A stretch of DNA of 64,000 bases. Source: Phoronis australis. Its lineage: Eukaryota; Animalia; Phoronida. Below are positions 1 through 13,000 of this stretch, piece after piece. Made by a program: the position numbers and the translations under genes. The DNA lies in NCBI GenBank assembly GCA_002633005.1, contig NMRA01000002.1, forward strand, positions 1,767,023 to 1,831,022. The letters run 5' to 3'. Below the pieces are notes generated by a model. It made no database searches and was not told the origin of the DNA. It was given only the letters and a program-made list of their open reading frames with translations. The first letter of the stretch is position 1; every line of letters starts with the position of its first letter.

Positions 1-1849
1 ACAGGGCCTATGAGAACTTGCAACAGGGCGGGAGTGCTATTGATGGTGACCGGGAGGTAGATTTTTCCCCTCACTCGGCGAAAAAATTCCCCTCTCAGAA
101 GGCATAGGCACCTTTCCCCTCGAATAACGAGGCCCCTAAAGAAACATGATAACTATGCTTGCTCTGTCCAGTTAACTGAAATTGAGATCTAAAACGAGAT
201 TATGCTTTAGACGAACGAACAAGGTGTTTTAATTTTAAAATTCAACTTGGTCCAGATTGACATTTGACACCAAATAGACGTAAGAATTATTAAAACCAAG
301 CAAGCAGAATTGATTTTTAAATAATATTTATTTTCAATTACCAGCCTGGTTATTTAGTTTAATAAAATATATTTAATAACATCAATTATTCTTTCAATCA
401 ATGACAAATCAACTATTAGTCCCGGTAGTCCCTACCTCACCTGGACATAAGCTATGCTTGATCAACAAGTTAAACCAGATGTGACTAATTGGACATCACA
501 GTAAAATGTGATGAGCCACCACTGTCGAATATATCTTGAACTCGTCAACAATACGAGAAGGTTCGTGTAGAAAGCATTATCAACAATTTACAAGGAGAAA
601 CGTAACCCTGCATTCACCATAATTCCTAATCCGTAACACTACGATGGCCGCAATTTTGTCACATTTACTTTTTATGGTTCGAACCTAGTTATCCGAAAAA
701 ATTATACCATTTCGTCAGACAACTTTTTGGTGCATTGACTTGTTCTCTAATGTATTTATCTACGTCTCTTTAGTTAATTATCGACACATTTTTACGATTT
801 AATATCCAGGTTGGACGCGAAAGACCGGCCATTTAACTCACGCAATGTCAACTTCCGCTTTGTTTATCGCAGTGAGCCTCGCTTTGTATTTTAATGTCCG
901 CCGCGTGAGTTAGGTCTATAGTAAGTACACAGCAGACCGATAAACAGCAGGTAGCTACAGACGGGTCGCCCTGAGCGTTGAGAACCTGGACGCAAAATAA
1001 CAGCAAACCTATGATTCGTTTTTCAGAAGGCAAAATTCGAGTCCCAAGATGCTCAGGCTGTTTTAAACAGTACTGAGTATATACATGTACAACACTTATA
1101 GGGCCGTTGTCACTAACGTCAAGCATACAATGGACGATGCAGAATCGGTAGACAATTTATCAGCTAAAACAAACTAACTCTCGCTTGTCTAAGACAGTTG
1201 CAGTCACTGGTTCCTCAAAACCGTACTTGCATTTGATGATTTAGGTGGGCGGACGACAAAATTGACGAGGTTGACAAAAGAAAAATCGCTTAGTCATGAA
1301 AACCGCTACCTTAAGACAACTTTGTGTTTGGCAGTAGTTTCAGGGATGGGTGTAACCGATCTTCTCAGCGAAATTACATTCTAGCTTTTGAAAACCGCGG
1401 CAACTTTACCAGTCACAAGTTGTGAGTGCGAGAGACTCCATAACTACATGCGAGCGATCGCGAATTATAGTCGGCTGTCTGCGCTGGCACTAGCAAGCTA
1501 AGGTTATGTCAAACCTTATCTATCAGTCTGTATATTTAGCCGAATATCTACAAATCTATAAGATTTAACTTCGTGAATGTTCCTATTTTTATAAGCAAAA
1601 ATATGTAGAATTTAATTTCGGACTTCATATTACTCTGCCGTTAATTGGAGCACGTGACCATGACTTTTTAGTAAAATTTAGGAAAAATGAAAGGTACATC
1701 CACAGCTAAACAACGGTATCAATACAACGACCAAATTTTATTTGATTTAAATGTTTCAGATAAAGTCTCAAAAATGCTGTCACTGTTTGCTAAATTATCG
1801 TCTCGTTTTTTGTCTTATCCAATGTCTGAGCTTTCTCATAAAAACTCGA

Positions 1850-2200
1850 AAGTGGCGCAAGTTACCCTAGAACAAGTTACCCAACCTCGATAATGTGAAG
1901 TAAAGTTCCGTCCACACACAAATTTACCATAGAACACCTTACACTGGCGCAACTTGCTCCATTTTTAAGTGGAGCATCCACACACACACAGTATCCGATA
2001 ACAAAGGTTTGGCGGAAGTTGTCGCTCTGCGCGTGACAACAATGAACACCTCATGCGATTACGGCGCGCAAAAGAAAATCCTTCTGTATGCAATTGATAA
2101 TTAGGCTACTTCTGCTTTATCCCACTTTTGCGGCCACACAGCGATTACAAGTGGCGCAAGTTACCCTCGAACAATTTACCCCACCTCGATAATGTGAAGT
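1850..2200 (+). repeat. Direct repeat of about 52 bp (aagtggcgcaagttaccct...cctcgataatgtgaagt), 2 copies
   Basis: Copies at about 1850-1901 and 2149-2200, probably internal to a transposon. Confidence 0.65.
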
Positions 2201-3339
2201 TGCCACAAGTGGGGTAAGTTGCAATAGTTTAAGCAGCCTCTTGACAACACTAAAACCCAGCGACAACTCGTTCCAGGCCGTAACTTGTTCCACGGTAAGT
2301 CTGTGTGTGGACGGCACTTTACAAAAAACATTCGTTTAAAAATGTAGAATACGCAATATTGGGACATTTTAGAACAAAAAATGAAGAAAACCCCATTCGA
2401 AAGATTTCTTAAATTTCTTTACACATGCAAGATCTATCCATAAACATATCTTTCAATGTCCACAGCATCGCAAACTGGTTTGTAGAAGCACTTGAGTGAC
2501 ACCCACTTTCAACACTGCAAAAGGGCCTCCAGATTTATCTCCCCTGTTACGTGATGGATGCAGCGAAATTATTTGCAGTTTTGCGCGAGAGTCCATTATG
2601 TATCGCTTCCTATTCCCATTATATGTTTTCTCTCATTGCATGCAATCTACCTGTTTTTGACATTGGAACATTGCTGATTTTTGTATGCAAAAACGTGTCA
2701 TTTTCTTCATAAACCTTTGAAGGCAAACTGGTGAAAATAACGTTTCAATAAGTGCAAAATTAGTGATTTTTGTATCAGAGCCACACCCCGATCACATAGA
2801 TGACCCTAGAGTGATTTTTTTATTTCTTTTAATTTTCTCGTAGAATGACTCTTAAAAGCTATGGGCATCTAACTTAGTGTGCGCGTGTTGTTTTTTTATT
2901 TGTCGTGATGTAGTATAGTTGTATACCAAAGGAATAAGCCATGGGATATTGTATAATTATTATCAGCGTTTGCAAGTCCTCCGAATGCATCCATGGATGG
3001 TCGTTTCTCTTGAATCCGTAACAGTTAGTGTTTTTAGCTTATTAGTTCATTGATTTTTTAAAAATCCAAAATCATATTGTGTTGCTCATTACAGCTGAAT
3101 ACTGCAGTAACGTTTACTTTTAACAATAATTATTGGTTTTTGCATTTTGAGAATTCGCAAGTATGTACAGGCAGATGTTTACTACAGTTTATGACCGCTT
3201 AATTGGCTCTCGCTCGCACCGGACAGTGCGGTCATCACAACTGTGTGCGACTCTGGTGCCGTGCATTCCTTGATCCTGGTTAAAGCCGCTTGAGCACAGG
3301 TGAACAACCACCGCTGAAAATTCTCGCATATCTTTAGAA

Positions 3340-3872
3340 ATGAGTGCTTTCCTTGTAAGCGAATTACTCACAGCACGTATCTACAAATTTGTTGAATGTT
3401 ATTGTGTTGATCTTAAAATTCGTTTGGCTTTCATTGTCTTTAGATCAATAGTCTGTTTTCGCCAAAATACCGTTTACCTTTGTTTACATGCTCACATGTC
3501 CTGTATCAGTTCTGTGTGTGGGTTGTGGTGCCTGTTATGTTGGCGAAACGCGTCGACATCCGAATACGCGTATATCTGAGCAGAACGTGTCTAACAGAGG
3601 TTCTAACATCTGGAATCTTGGACAGTGCGAGGACTCACCATGGAGGCCTTGTATATTCATTGTATATAACCGCTCCTGAATGAGCAAGTGCGGCACCACC
3701 TTGGCCTTACATTGTTTTGAGGTTATTGTCTCTAGTAGCGGCTTGTTTACCCGTGTGATATTGACCTATCATGTCTCACATCTGCATGACCTTTTACTTG
3801 CTACCTTGGCCTTTACATCATGCTGGTTCTTGTACGTTTGAGAATGAGGAGTGTACCTGGAAACATGTCAGG
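3340..3872 (+). mobile_element. Penelope-like retroelement relic (GIY-YIG endonuclease end)
   Basis: Degenerate CxGCGACYVGETRRHPNTRISE motif at about 3510-3580. A Penelope-type 3' end TGAGAATGAGG...CCTGGAAACATGTC lies at about 3839-3869. Confidence 0.65.
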
Positions 3873-4666
3873 AAAATGAAGTTGTGTACTAAAGACTGGT
3901 TAAAACTATACCATATTAGATAATGAATAAATAAAACAAAACAAAATAAAAATAAAACTTAAAACACGTGATGTTAATTCCATAGTCGAATTAATTAATT
4001 TGTTCACGCCATGCAAATGACCCTGAATATCCTAAGCCATGACCTTGTATTCAAATACTTGTATAAGGCCATACTCTAATATAAGGGCATAACCTTTTAC
4101 TATGGGGCTTATTTTTGCAGACGTCAGGAACTGGCGAAAACGCAAGATCACACAACTTTTCGCGAGATCTCGTCGTCATGACAAACGACGCAAGTGATCG
4201 CACTAACTTTCTCGCGAGTGTCTTGAGTCCACGAGACTCCGCCAAGTTTTACCGTACCATTAGACCTTATGTCGACTGAACTTATCAATGACTCGTGTTC
4301 AAACATTCCCACTTATGATCGATACCTAACGTTCCAGTGGCCGGAATATTTGACCTTCTTTGATTAGATAAACGGTCAGAAACATTCCGCACATGGCATT
4401 TTCTGTCTGAGAATTGTTTAAAAATTGTCCCAATTGTGAATATAAAGTAATATGGTGGAAGAAACAATTCTCAAGAAATCATGTCAGAAAACTGAGTAGT
4501 ATTCACGGCTCGTCACGTGACGGGCTCTAAGCGTCAGGCGTTACAATTATGTCAAACTTCTCTGTGTTTGGAGTGAAATAGAATAGCACACTAAAACGTC
4601 AGATCTATTACATATTTCATTGAATATTTAAACTAATACAATGCAATATTATTACGGTTTTCTCAG

Positions 4667-4835
4667 ATGAGTGCCTAGTCCAAGTATGCATTTGACGATT
4701 CGTAGATTTAAGGCACAAATTCCAGTAAAAACTCAAAATTTCTCTTACTGGTTCCGAGATAAAATTAAAAGAAACACTCTGGATATTTTATAACCGATTA
4801 TTTGAAATCATGGAAGTGGAAGGGATATTGACAAG
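4667..4835 (+). other. Candidate upstream (5'UTR) exon of ChAT containing uORFs
   Basis: ggttttctcag acceptor and AAG|GTGAGG donor. It contains short ATG-initiated ORFs that do not splice in frame to the ChAT exons. Confidence 0.3.
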
Positions 4836-7800
4836 GTGAGGCCACTCTAAACTGGGTTAACCGTTAGTTTTGGATATTTTCCCGTCTAATAGTACGATGG
4901 GGATATCTGTGTAAGGATTTTAATCCTTTGCAATAACATTCTACAATCTACAATCATCGTTATAAAATTGAAATTAGGAAATAGAATTGTGTTCTCAACG
5001 TTAGTTTAAATGACATTAGGGAGCATTCGTTTTCAGTACAAAAGAAGTAACTATAATTGTGTTAAACGTTGTTAAAACTGCGTGACCACTATTGCAAAAT
5101 CAATTGAGAGGCGGTGACAAACATGTTATGTCCTCCATTCCCTGTCCGTAACTATAGTAGAGGGTGGTTGGGATGGGTGTCAACGCTCTCCTTCTATTGG
5201 GAGCTGAAGGTCTATTCATTGGAAAGAGAGGGTTTGCGCAATGAGCTATACTCCTGGTATAGCTCATTGGTTTGCGTCACCTTGGACAGTTTTGTAACTA
5301 CTTGACAGTGTTAAAGGGTAATGATCAATCCATCCCGTTTTGCGAAAGGTGGCTATGCCTAAAAACTACATTTCGACAGGCTGTATATATTAAAGATGCA
5401 CAACTCGAAAATGTTTAATTTGAAATCTATCAAAATTTGTTTTTGTAGTAATACTGTCGTTGATACTGCAGTTAACTAAAAATTCTATAAGCAAGTCTTC
5501 TGTCATAGGACTAGCATCCGATTTACCGGGGACCAATACCGTTACAAAACTTGGTGGCGTTCCGTAGACGCAAGAATGTCTCGAGTAAAGCTAAGTTAAT
5601 CGCGTGCTTCGCTAGTAACGCATGGTGATTCTAGCAACGACTTGGTAGTGTCCTTGGGTTTTCGACTTAGGCTTGCAAAGAACTAGTGAAAGTTAATAAT
5701 TGCACGAAACCAGGTTAAAAAGGTTGGTTTGTTGCTGTTAGCATGGTGTCGAGCAATGACGAATTACCGTCTCCTTCCAAAGTAGTACTTTTCTCATTGA
5801 AGGAAGACCACTTTTATAGCGGCAGTGGACAAAATCAACAGTTATAGTGTCATTGACGGAATCTGGGTTAATGGCAGTCTTCGATATGCATCCAATAAAA
5901 CGAAATAAAACATTTTATCTACCGCTCCATCTCAGAGAAGTGGGGACAGGTTGTTTGAAAAACTATCCATCTTAACTCCCCGCCGGAGGGCCTATGTTCG
6001 CCCACCTAGGTCAAACATAGGAGGGAATTCACGACCTGAACTCTTATTGTATCCGTGAGTCAGTGTGGGCAGGAGATTGACTGTGGGAATGAACACACGT
6101 GTTGAAATTTCGATGTGAGAAGGTAGCTTGACCTGAGGTTCCAAATACTTGATCAGGTAGCACCTCCTGGGGAATACTATCATAAATCAATGACCCTTAA
6201 CCAAATTTCCTTTTGCCATGACTAGGTATGGAACACGGATCTATATGCGACATCAATTATTCATGGCAAGGTGTTTGGTTTGAGACGGTTCATGGGTGAA
6301 TTCAACAGTCTGTGGTTCATTCTAGAGAGGAGTTGTAACCCAACACGACGCTTTATGTTAGACGTTTGTCGACGCGAAACGCGTGCATAAAAGCGAATAA
6401 GTTGCCGAGTGTTAAGATTATGTAGGGACTTATCGACAAGTATGTGCTTTTAACAACATATCAGAAAACTATAGATTTTAACTCAGCAAAAATATATATT
6501 TTCTGAAAGTAGAAAGTCTGTAGAATCTGATTTTTTTAATTCTTACCCATCTATTATTAATTGGGTCATGTGACCATGTCTATTTGTTAAAATTTGGCGG
6601 AAAAGAAATGTACAGTGTTGGCAAAACAACGGTATCAATAACCTGATGATTTTATTTAATTTAAATGTCCAGTATCAGATAAAACGCGGTTACAGTTCCC
6701 TAAAATATCATTTTGTTTTCGTTTCATGGAACTTTAATTTGCTTCCATAAAAATTAATGAAGTGCTCCTCATGCAATGGTAGACTATTTTCAGAGCTGTG
6801 CACAAAGCATAGTATGTGTAAGTTAAATATGAATCCGGTCAGCCATTTTGAGATACACCTGTACGATGTCCCCCTGTTGGCCAAAGTCGGACATTTTTCT
6901 TTGGTCCTACATAAATAACCTTAAACCCATAAAAGTGAATGTTTTGATATTCAGAAGTCATTATCAGCCAAAATAACGGAAATGGAATGAAAATAAAAGC
7001 TCATCTTACACAAAAAGTGTCTGCTGACGTTAGTATAAAAATAGTGCAAGTTATTGCTGACATTAAGTGCATATGTACCTAACTTACTTATTGTCTACAT
7101 CATTTACTGAATAAACTAAACGTTTCAGGAAAGTTTACGAGCATGAACTAGGCGATTGGAAGCACACATGCGCTAATAAGTTTGTGTCTGTTTTATGGTA
7201 TGTTACTCATATTTGTCAACACCCTTATTATTTCAACTGCTCATAAGGAAGGCTTCATGAAATTAAACAACGTATAGGCATCTTACCTTGATTTTACTGT
7301 AAACGTGTGGAACACAGGTTGAAAATATAAATAAGCTCAACGACTATCAGATTACACGGGCTAATTAGTTGCTTGTCTAAGATGACGAGCTCGGTAGAAC
7401 GCGTTGATAATGCATATTTTGAACCCAACAACTGTTTTGCTGTCAAACCTACAACATTATTAAAGCATCAACTGACACCGTCTTCGCACCTGAGCCAACG
7501 AGGCTTCAATACACCTTATTAGCCTGGAGAATTAAGATGGTATTACCTATAGACATTTTACATAAAGGTGATAACGAACGGTGAAACAAAAATGCTCCTT
7601 TTTCGCTGTACAAAATGGTCGAGTCGAGGAGTTGCGGATCCTATTTTGTATTCCGGAAGAATTTTCTTTTGAATTTAGCTTGTGTGCGGCACTCTAATTC
7701 GCTTGATATTCGGTTACCTTAATGCTCTAGTGCGCAACATATCACCAAATTTTAACTTTGTCCGAAATTAGAAAACCTGTAGAATTTCATTTTTGACTCG

Positions 7801-8194
7801 ATTCCAATCTGCATATCCATACCAAGACAAAGGTATCGCTAACATAAGCAAATTTTGCTTGATATCAATGTTCAAAAACACTTCTAAAGTTTTCTAAAGT
7901 TTCTTTTTGTTTTCGTTTTGTGCAAATTCAATGTTTTACCAGAAAAATCACGAACGTATGGTTTTTTGATGACGAAAGTGGAGCATTTTAAAAACAATTC
8001 CTAAAAGCCCTTCGGGAAACAACGCAAATCTGACAGCTTCATGAGAATCCCATCAGCCATTTTTGTGATATGATGTTCCGGAAGTTCGCCAGATTTGGAA
8101 AGTTTTCAATGGTCCTACAAAACTCGTTACTTCCTAATTGCTTACAAAAAGATATGAGAATAAAAATGAGATTTTAAGATATGAGCTACAGACG

Positions 8195-8443
8195 GTCTGC
8201 TTCATAAAAGTGACTTGGATAAAAATGTAGTCTTACGCTCTCATTTGACAATTTGCTAAAGGAGGTTTTGTCGAGTAACTATGAGTGCAATAACTAGAAG
8301 TAAATTATATACACTGTCTCAATAACTAGCAGTGATTTATACAGTCTCCTAGACTTTGCGTTTTCACTCAAGTGAGATCTAATTATTTTGCAGAAATAAT
8401 TGTGTGGAGCGTAGTCTTAAGCCACATTTCATGAAATTGACCC
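8195..8443. repeat. Dispersed repeat (MITE-like), homologous to about 16345-16598
   Basis: Shared ...tcttacgctc...gtgagat...cagaaata.ttgtgtggagcgta...atgaaa blocks. Confidence 0.55.
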
Positions 8444-9079
8444 GAGGTGTCGATCTTTCGATAATCGAAAGTTGACGTGGTTGTCATGACAATCGGTTCG
8501 TTTAAAAGGACATGTCCTCCTCGCTAAGTACTTGAAACGCAAAAAAACCCCAGAGTTTTCAACAACACAAGATGTTCCCTTGACTTTGCCATATCATAAT
8601 TTCCATCCTTTAAAAAAGTTAATCGACCTGCCATCCGTTTTGACAGGGTTGGCCAAATGTTAGAAAGCTACGTTGTGATCTCTCGTTTCTTTTTGTAAGT
8701 GCAAATTAACCCCTATCATGGTAAATGTTGAGACCAGTCTGTAACATCTAATCGACCTGTTTTACGATTTTCGTGAGCTAGAAGGAAAGTCCCTTTCGAA
8801 AAATAAATACAGCTTCACCGTCATGTAAGGTGCGGGAAAGACGAGACGTTCACCATAAATATTGCACTTTCATAATTAACCTATTAAAGATGCACGGTTG
8901 GGGTGGCATTGATTTCTCGAGTGTTTGTATAAGGCATTAAGTTAGCACACGTGTCCATGTTTTTATGGGAACATTGCTATAGACTCAACCAGGTACGCTA
9001 CATCAATCACCGTCATGACCAAGTCTGGAAAATGGTTTACACAAACAAACTCGCGTGCTTTGCTGTTGAACTACAAATG

Positions 9080-9098
9080 TTATAATTGCTATTATTAC

Positions 9099-9129
<31 letters not shown>

Positions 9130-9220
9130 GTTGTTGTTGTTGTTGTTTTTATTATTATTATTATTGTCGTAACAATTGTTGTTATTATTATTGATGTAAT
9201 TATTGTCGTTATTCTTATTA
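9080..9220. repeat. (ATT)n/(GTT)n microsatellite
   Basis: Directly visible trinucleotide runs. Confidence 0.9.
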
Positions 9221-9945
9221 AAATTGATATCAACCTTAATTATAATGCTGCGTTATTTAAAGTAATAACGATTAAAGCCGCAGTAACAGTATCATTAGTA
9301 ACACTATAAAACCTATAACACTTTGTTTATTAAGACAAACCCTTACATGTACGTCTCTTTCAAAATTACATACACATAGCAGTTATCAATATTTTGTTTT
9401 TGCTGCTGTAGATCGACGAAGTACAAGTGTGCTTTATTTTTTATTTTTTATAGTATCACAATTATAATTATAATTATAATGCTAACATTGTCGACATCAC
9501 TAAAAGTACAAAATAAACCAACAGCAATTTTGCATGTCCCTCCTTAAGTGTTTACTTGTTTACCAACGCGTAAGTCGACAAATCGATTTGCCGACGTCCA
9601 AGTTAACGTCGTTACTGCCACCCTCATTAAAAGACTAAATTTTCATTTAATCAAGCAATCTATGCTTTGATAGTAATCACGGAACTGTGTGCAATGACAG
9701 CTTCGGCTAAAATCGAGTTTCAGTCTACCTAAACAACTGTGGGTTTCATTTTACTATTGAGAACATTCTTTCCCGTTTCTCAGAAAAGAATTGATCAAAA
9801 CTAGCCACGCTTCAGACTATAATCAACTTCCGTTTAGATGGAGTTGTGCAATTATGAAACCGCGAGGACTGCTTACGTACACGGGATGAGCGGTGGAATG
9901 GATGTACATAGCTAGTAAAGGAACGACAATTGTTCCAACTGAGGA

Positions 9946-10062
9946 ATGGCAGCATTTGAGCTAAAAGTTTTAAAATGGCTGTCTAGCTATGGTTTTTGCT
10001 TTTGCCGAAAATCAGTCAAAGCTGGTACTCCAGAAAGACACGACCAACACTACGATACAGCG
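9946..10062 (+). CDS. ChAT: ChAT putative first coding exon (MAAFELK...HYDTA)
   Basis: ATG at 9946 with in-frame TGA at 9940. Ends at a phase-0 donor GCG|GTAAGA that fits the phase-0 start of the KPLPKLPVP exon. Strong upstream acceptor ttctttcccgtttctcag ends at 9783. Confidence 0.6.
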
Positions 10063-13000
10063 GTAAGACATTCGTTTCGTAGTTCAAAGATCTCAAATGG
10101 AAAAGAATGCGCATTACTTCAATATCCATATTCAGAAGCCTAGGACAAGAAATGCTTCTTCAGGCGTCGATATTGAAAAAGCGATATTACATTTATGATT
10201 TATAGTTGCTCATCCACTATGTCTGTCAGAGTGCGGTTCAATTACTGTGTGTGCGTTTACATAGTGAACTGTTTGTCTGTTTTGAATACACTCGTTTATT
10301 GTTGTTCGTACGAATCCCATAACTCGTTGGTATTTTCCTCTAGACGCGTACGTGCATAAAAATTCATTTCGTTATTGAAACGTTTGAAAAATCACAATTT
10401 TTACTCGACGAGTGAACAAGTGCGTGACAATTTACCCAAAATGTTTTGAACACGTGTTTTTTTAAGTTTTTCGTTGTTTTATGTAAACTACCGGTGTTAA
10501 ATAACGTGCATCTGTTTTATCATGACGTTTTCCCCCAAAGTAAGTGTACAAAAAACATTTGTCATATAAATGAAACGCCATTGACTCAGTTTTTCTTACG
10601 AGACTTCATTGTGGAGAAAATATCTCTTACTTTGATGTAAAACAGACACGCAAACTCTAGCGGAAGTCGATCAATTTCCTAATTATTTCAAGTGCTCAAC
10701 ATAAACTGCACGAGAAATCGTTGGGAAAAAACATGGCTACGTCACAAGCAGGTGGATTACAGACCCTGGGGACCTGAGGGGCAGAACATTCATAGACCTG
10801 CATCAGGCCAGCAGTTGTTCTGCAGCGCTCTCTATCGGCACCTTTACGTTGGATATGCTAACATGACAGTATAAAGACTATCCATGCCTCTCCAAGGGCT
10901 TCAAAATGTTAAGCTTGAATCAAAAAACATTAATTTCAAAATAAACTTTCAATCTTTTGCGATTGCCATAGGTAAAAGCCGGTTATCACAGAAAAAGGGC
11001 ACAGAACACAAAATCGCCAATGTTCATCATAAAACCAAAACTTGCGGGGGGTCATTTTCAGTGAAATCCAACTACAAACATTGCCCCGTGTGGGTCAAGA
11101 ACTCGAAATCCATGAATTGAGGACGTGTGAAGATTGGCCGAGATTTACTTGTTTCGGAGGCAAACAGTAAGTCACGTAGCCAAGGCCCAGTGCTGGATAA
11201 CTAAATAAGCTACAAAAACAGAACCCAAAAATTAATTTTTCGCTTGCAACACTTAAACGAATAGTTACACCAAGCATACAGCCGAGAGCATAACTGCTCC
11301 TACAATGCACTTATTGCAATGTAAATGACATACATGTACGTGATCTGCACAACGTGTATTGAGGTCTGTGACTACTGGTAGTGACCGGCGGGTCAGAAGG
11401 CGTCGCGTACGTTGTAGAGCATTTTGCGGGACATAAAACGTGCACGTATCGACAAATTAGTGTTGTAATGATGTTTAACGACTCTATTTTCTTCAGAAAC
11501 CACTACCTAAACTGCCAGTACCCGACTTGAACTCTACACTGGCCAAGTACCTCCTTTGTATCAAGCCAATAGCGACAAAGGAACAGTTTGAGCACACAAC
11601 CCGACTTGTGGAACAGTTCCTGACCCCAGGCGGCGAAGGCTGTCGATTGCAGGAGAAACTGAAAGAACGAGCAGAACAGGTAGACAATTGGGTAAGTAAA
11701 GAAACAAGGTGAGTCCTGGATTGGTAAACACCAGGCGAATGAATTTTTCATTTCTCTGTAACAGCATCAGAGTCTGTTTTGTCATAGTCTTGGCTAGTTT
11801 CTTGTAAGCCTGGGACTATTGCACAATATAAACAATACTGGTTAAGGGGTTTGAAGTTACATGGTTCCAGGAAAATATTTGAACTAACGTTGGAAGCTTT
11901 GAGTTGAATTATTTTACGATCTCATCACAAGGACTTTCAAAACTTGTTGTGTTCCACAATGGATATCTTGAATTCCTGCAGACTGGCCGGACTCTCTGTG
12001 GAGGATTTAGAGGGTGGACAAGGGGGCCATGGCCCCCTAAAATTCTCCCAGCTTCCATTTGTCTGACGGGCAAAATCCTGGCTAATACTCTGCCCAGATG
12101 CTCCCCTAATTCAAAATTCTGTATCCGCCCCTGACTTTTGCGTCAAAAGTTTGATAGAGTTTGTTGATAAGGACAGGAACTGGATGAATTTTAAATTAAC
12201 CACTGATATGAAATCTTTGGATTCTTCTTAGGCCTACGACTGGTGGCTGGATGATATGTACCTAAAATGTTCCAGTCCACTTCCGGTCAACTCAAATCCC
12301 GGAATGGTCTTCCCGCGAACACACTTCGAAGACGAAACAAGACAACTCAGGTAAAATAGGGAAATCGACCCAAAATAGTTTCTTTAATGGATAATTAAAA
12401 AACCATGACGCGTGCCAACGCAAAATGAACAAACGTGAGAAAGAGAGACACTTTTCCATAATTCACACAAATGATAAACTGTTAGGCCGGTTTGGAAATA
12501 TGATAAAAGAAGGTACAATTGTCTAATAAACGTTGGTGAATTAATGAGATGACCTAGGATTGAAACTATTTTTTTAAGATACAATTAATATTAAGACGAC
12601 AAAAAATCCCGAGTGGTTTTGTTCAGTTATGGCGAAGCACTGATGTAAAGCCAGAGTAATGTCGACAAAACATGCAGCTATGGGTGCAATGCAAATACAC
12701 TATATGTAGTTTACGAAACATTAATTCAATACAGAAATATTAAGTTTACTTTGTTTTAAATCTCTTTCACTCGCTTGTAGATACGCCGCACGTCTTATTT
12801 CCGGGATATTAGACTACAAAGTTATAATTGACGCGTAAGTACCCACTTAGTCAAAATTAATTTTGTTTTTCATTTTTGAAACAGAAATTGTTTATTAAAA
12901 TCCCATAAAAGTTGCAAAATTTGTAAGGCATCACACAAGTTATGCCTTTATCATTGCATGTAGAAATTGAAACACATGCGTTCTTGCGCTTACGTTTCTA

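Noticed and set aside
9003-9233. Poly-Ile/Thr ORF
   Set aside because: Translation of a microsatellite.
10763-10772. COE/EBF (UNC-3)-like site ACCCTGGGGA in a ChAT intron
   Set aside because: A single one-mismatch hit is expected by chance in a region this long, and no conservation data are available.
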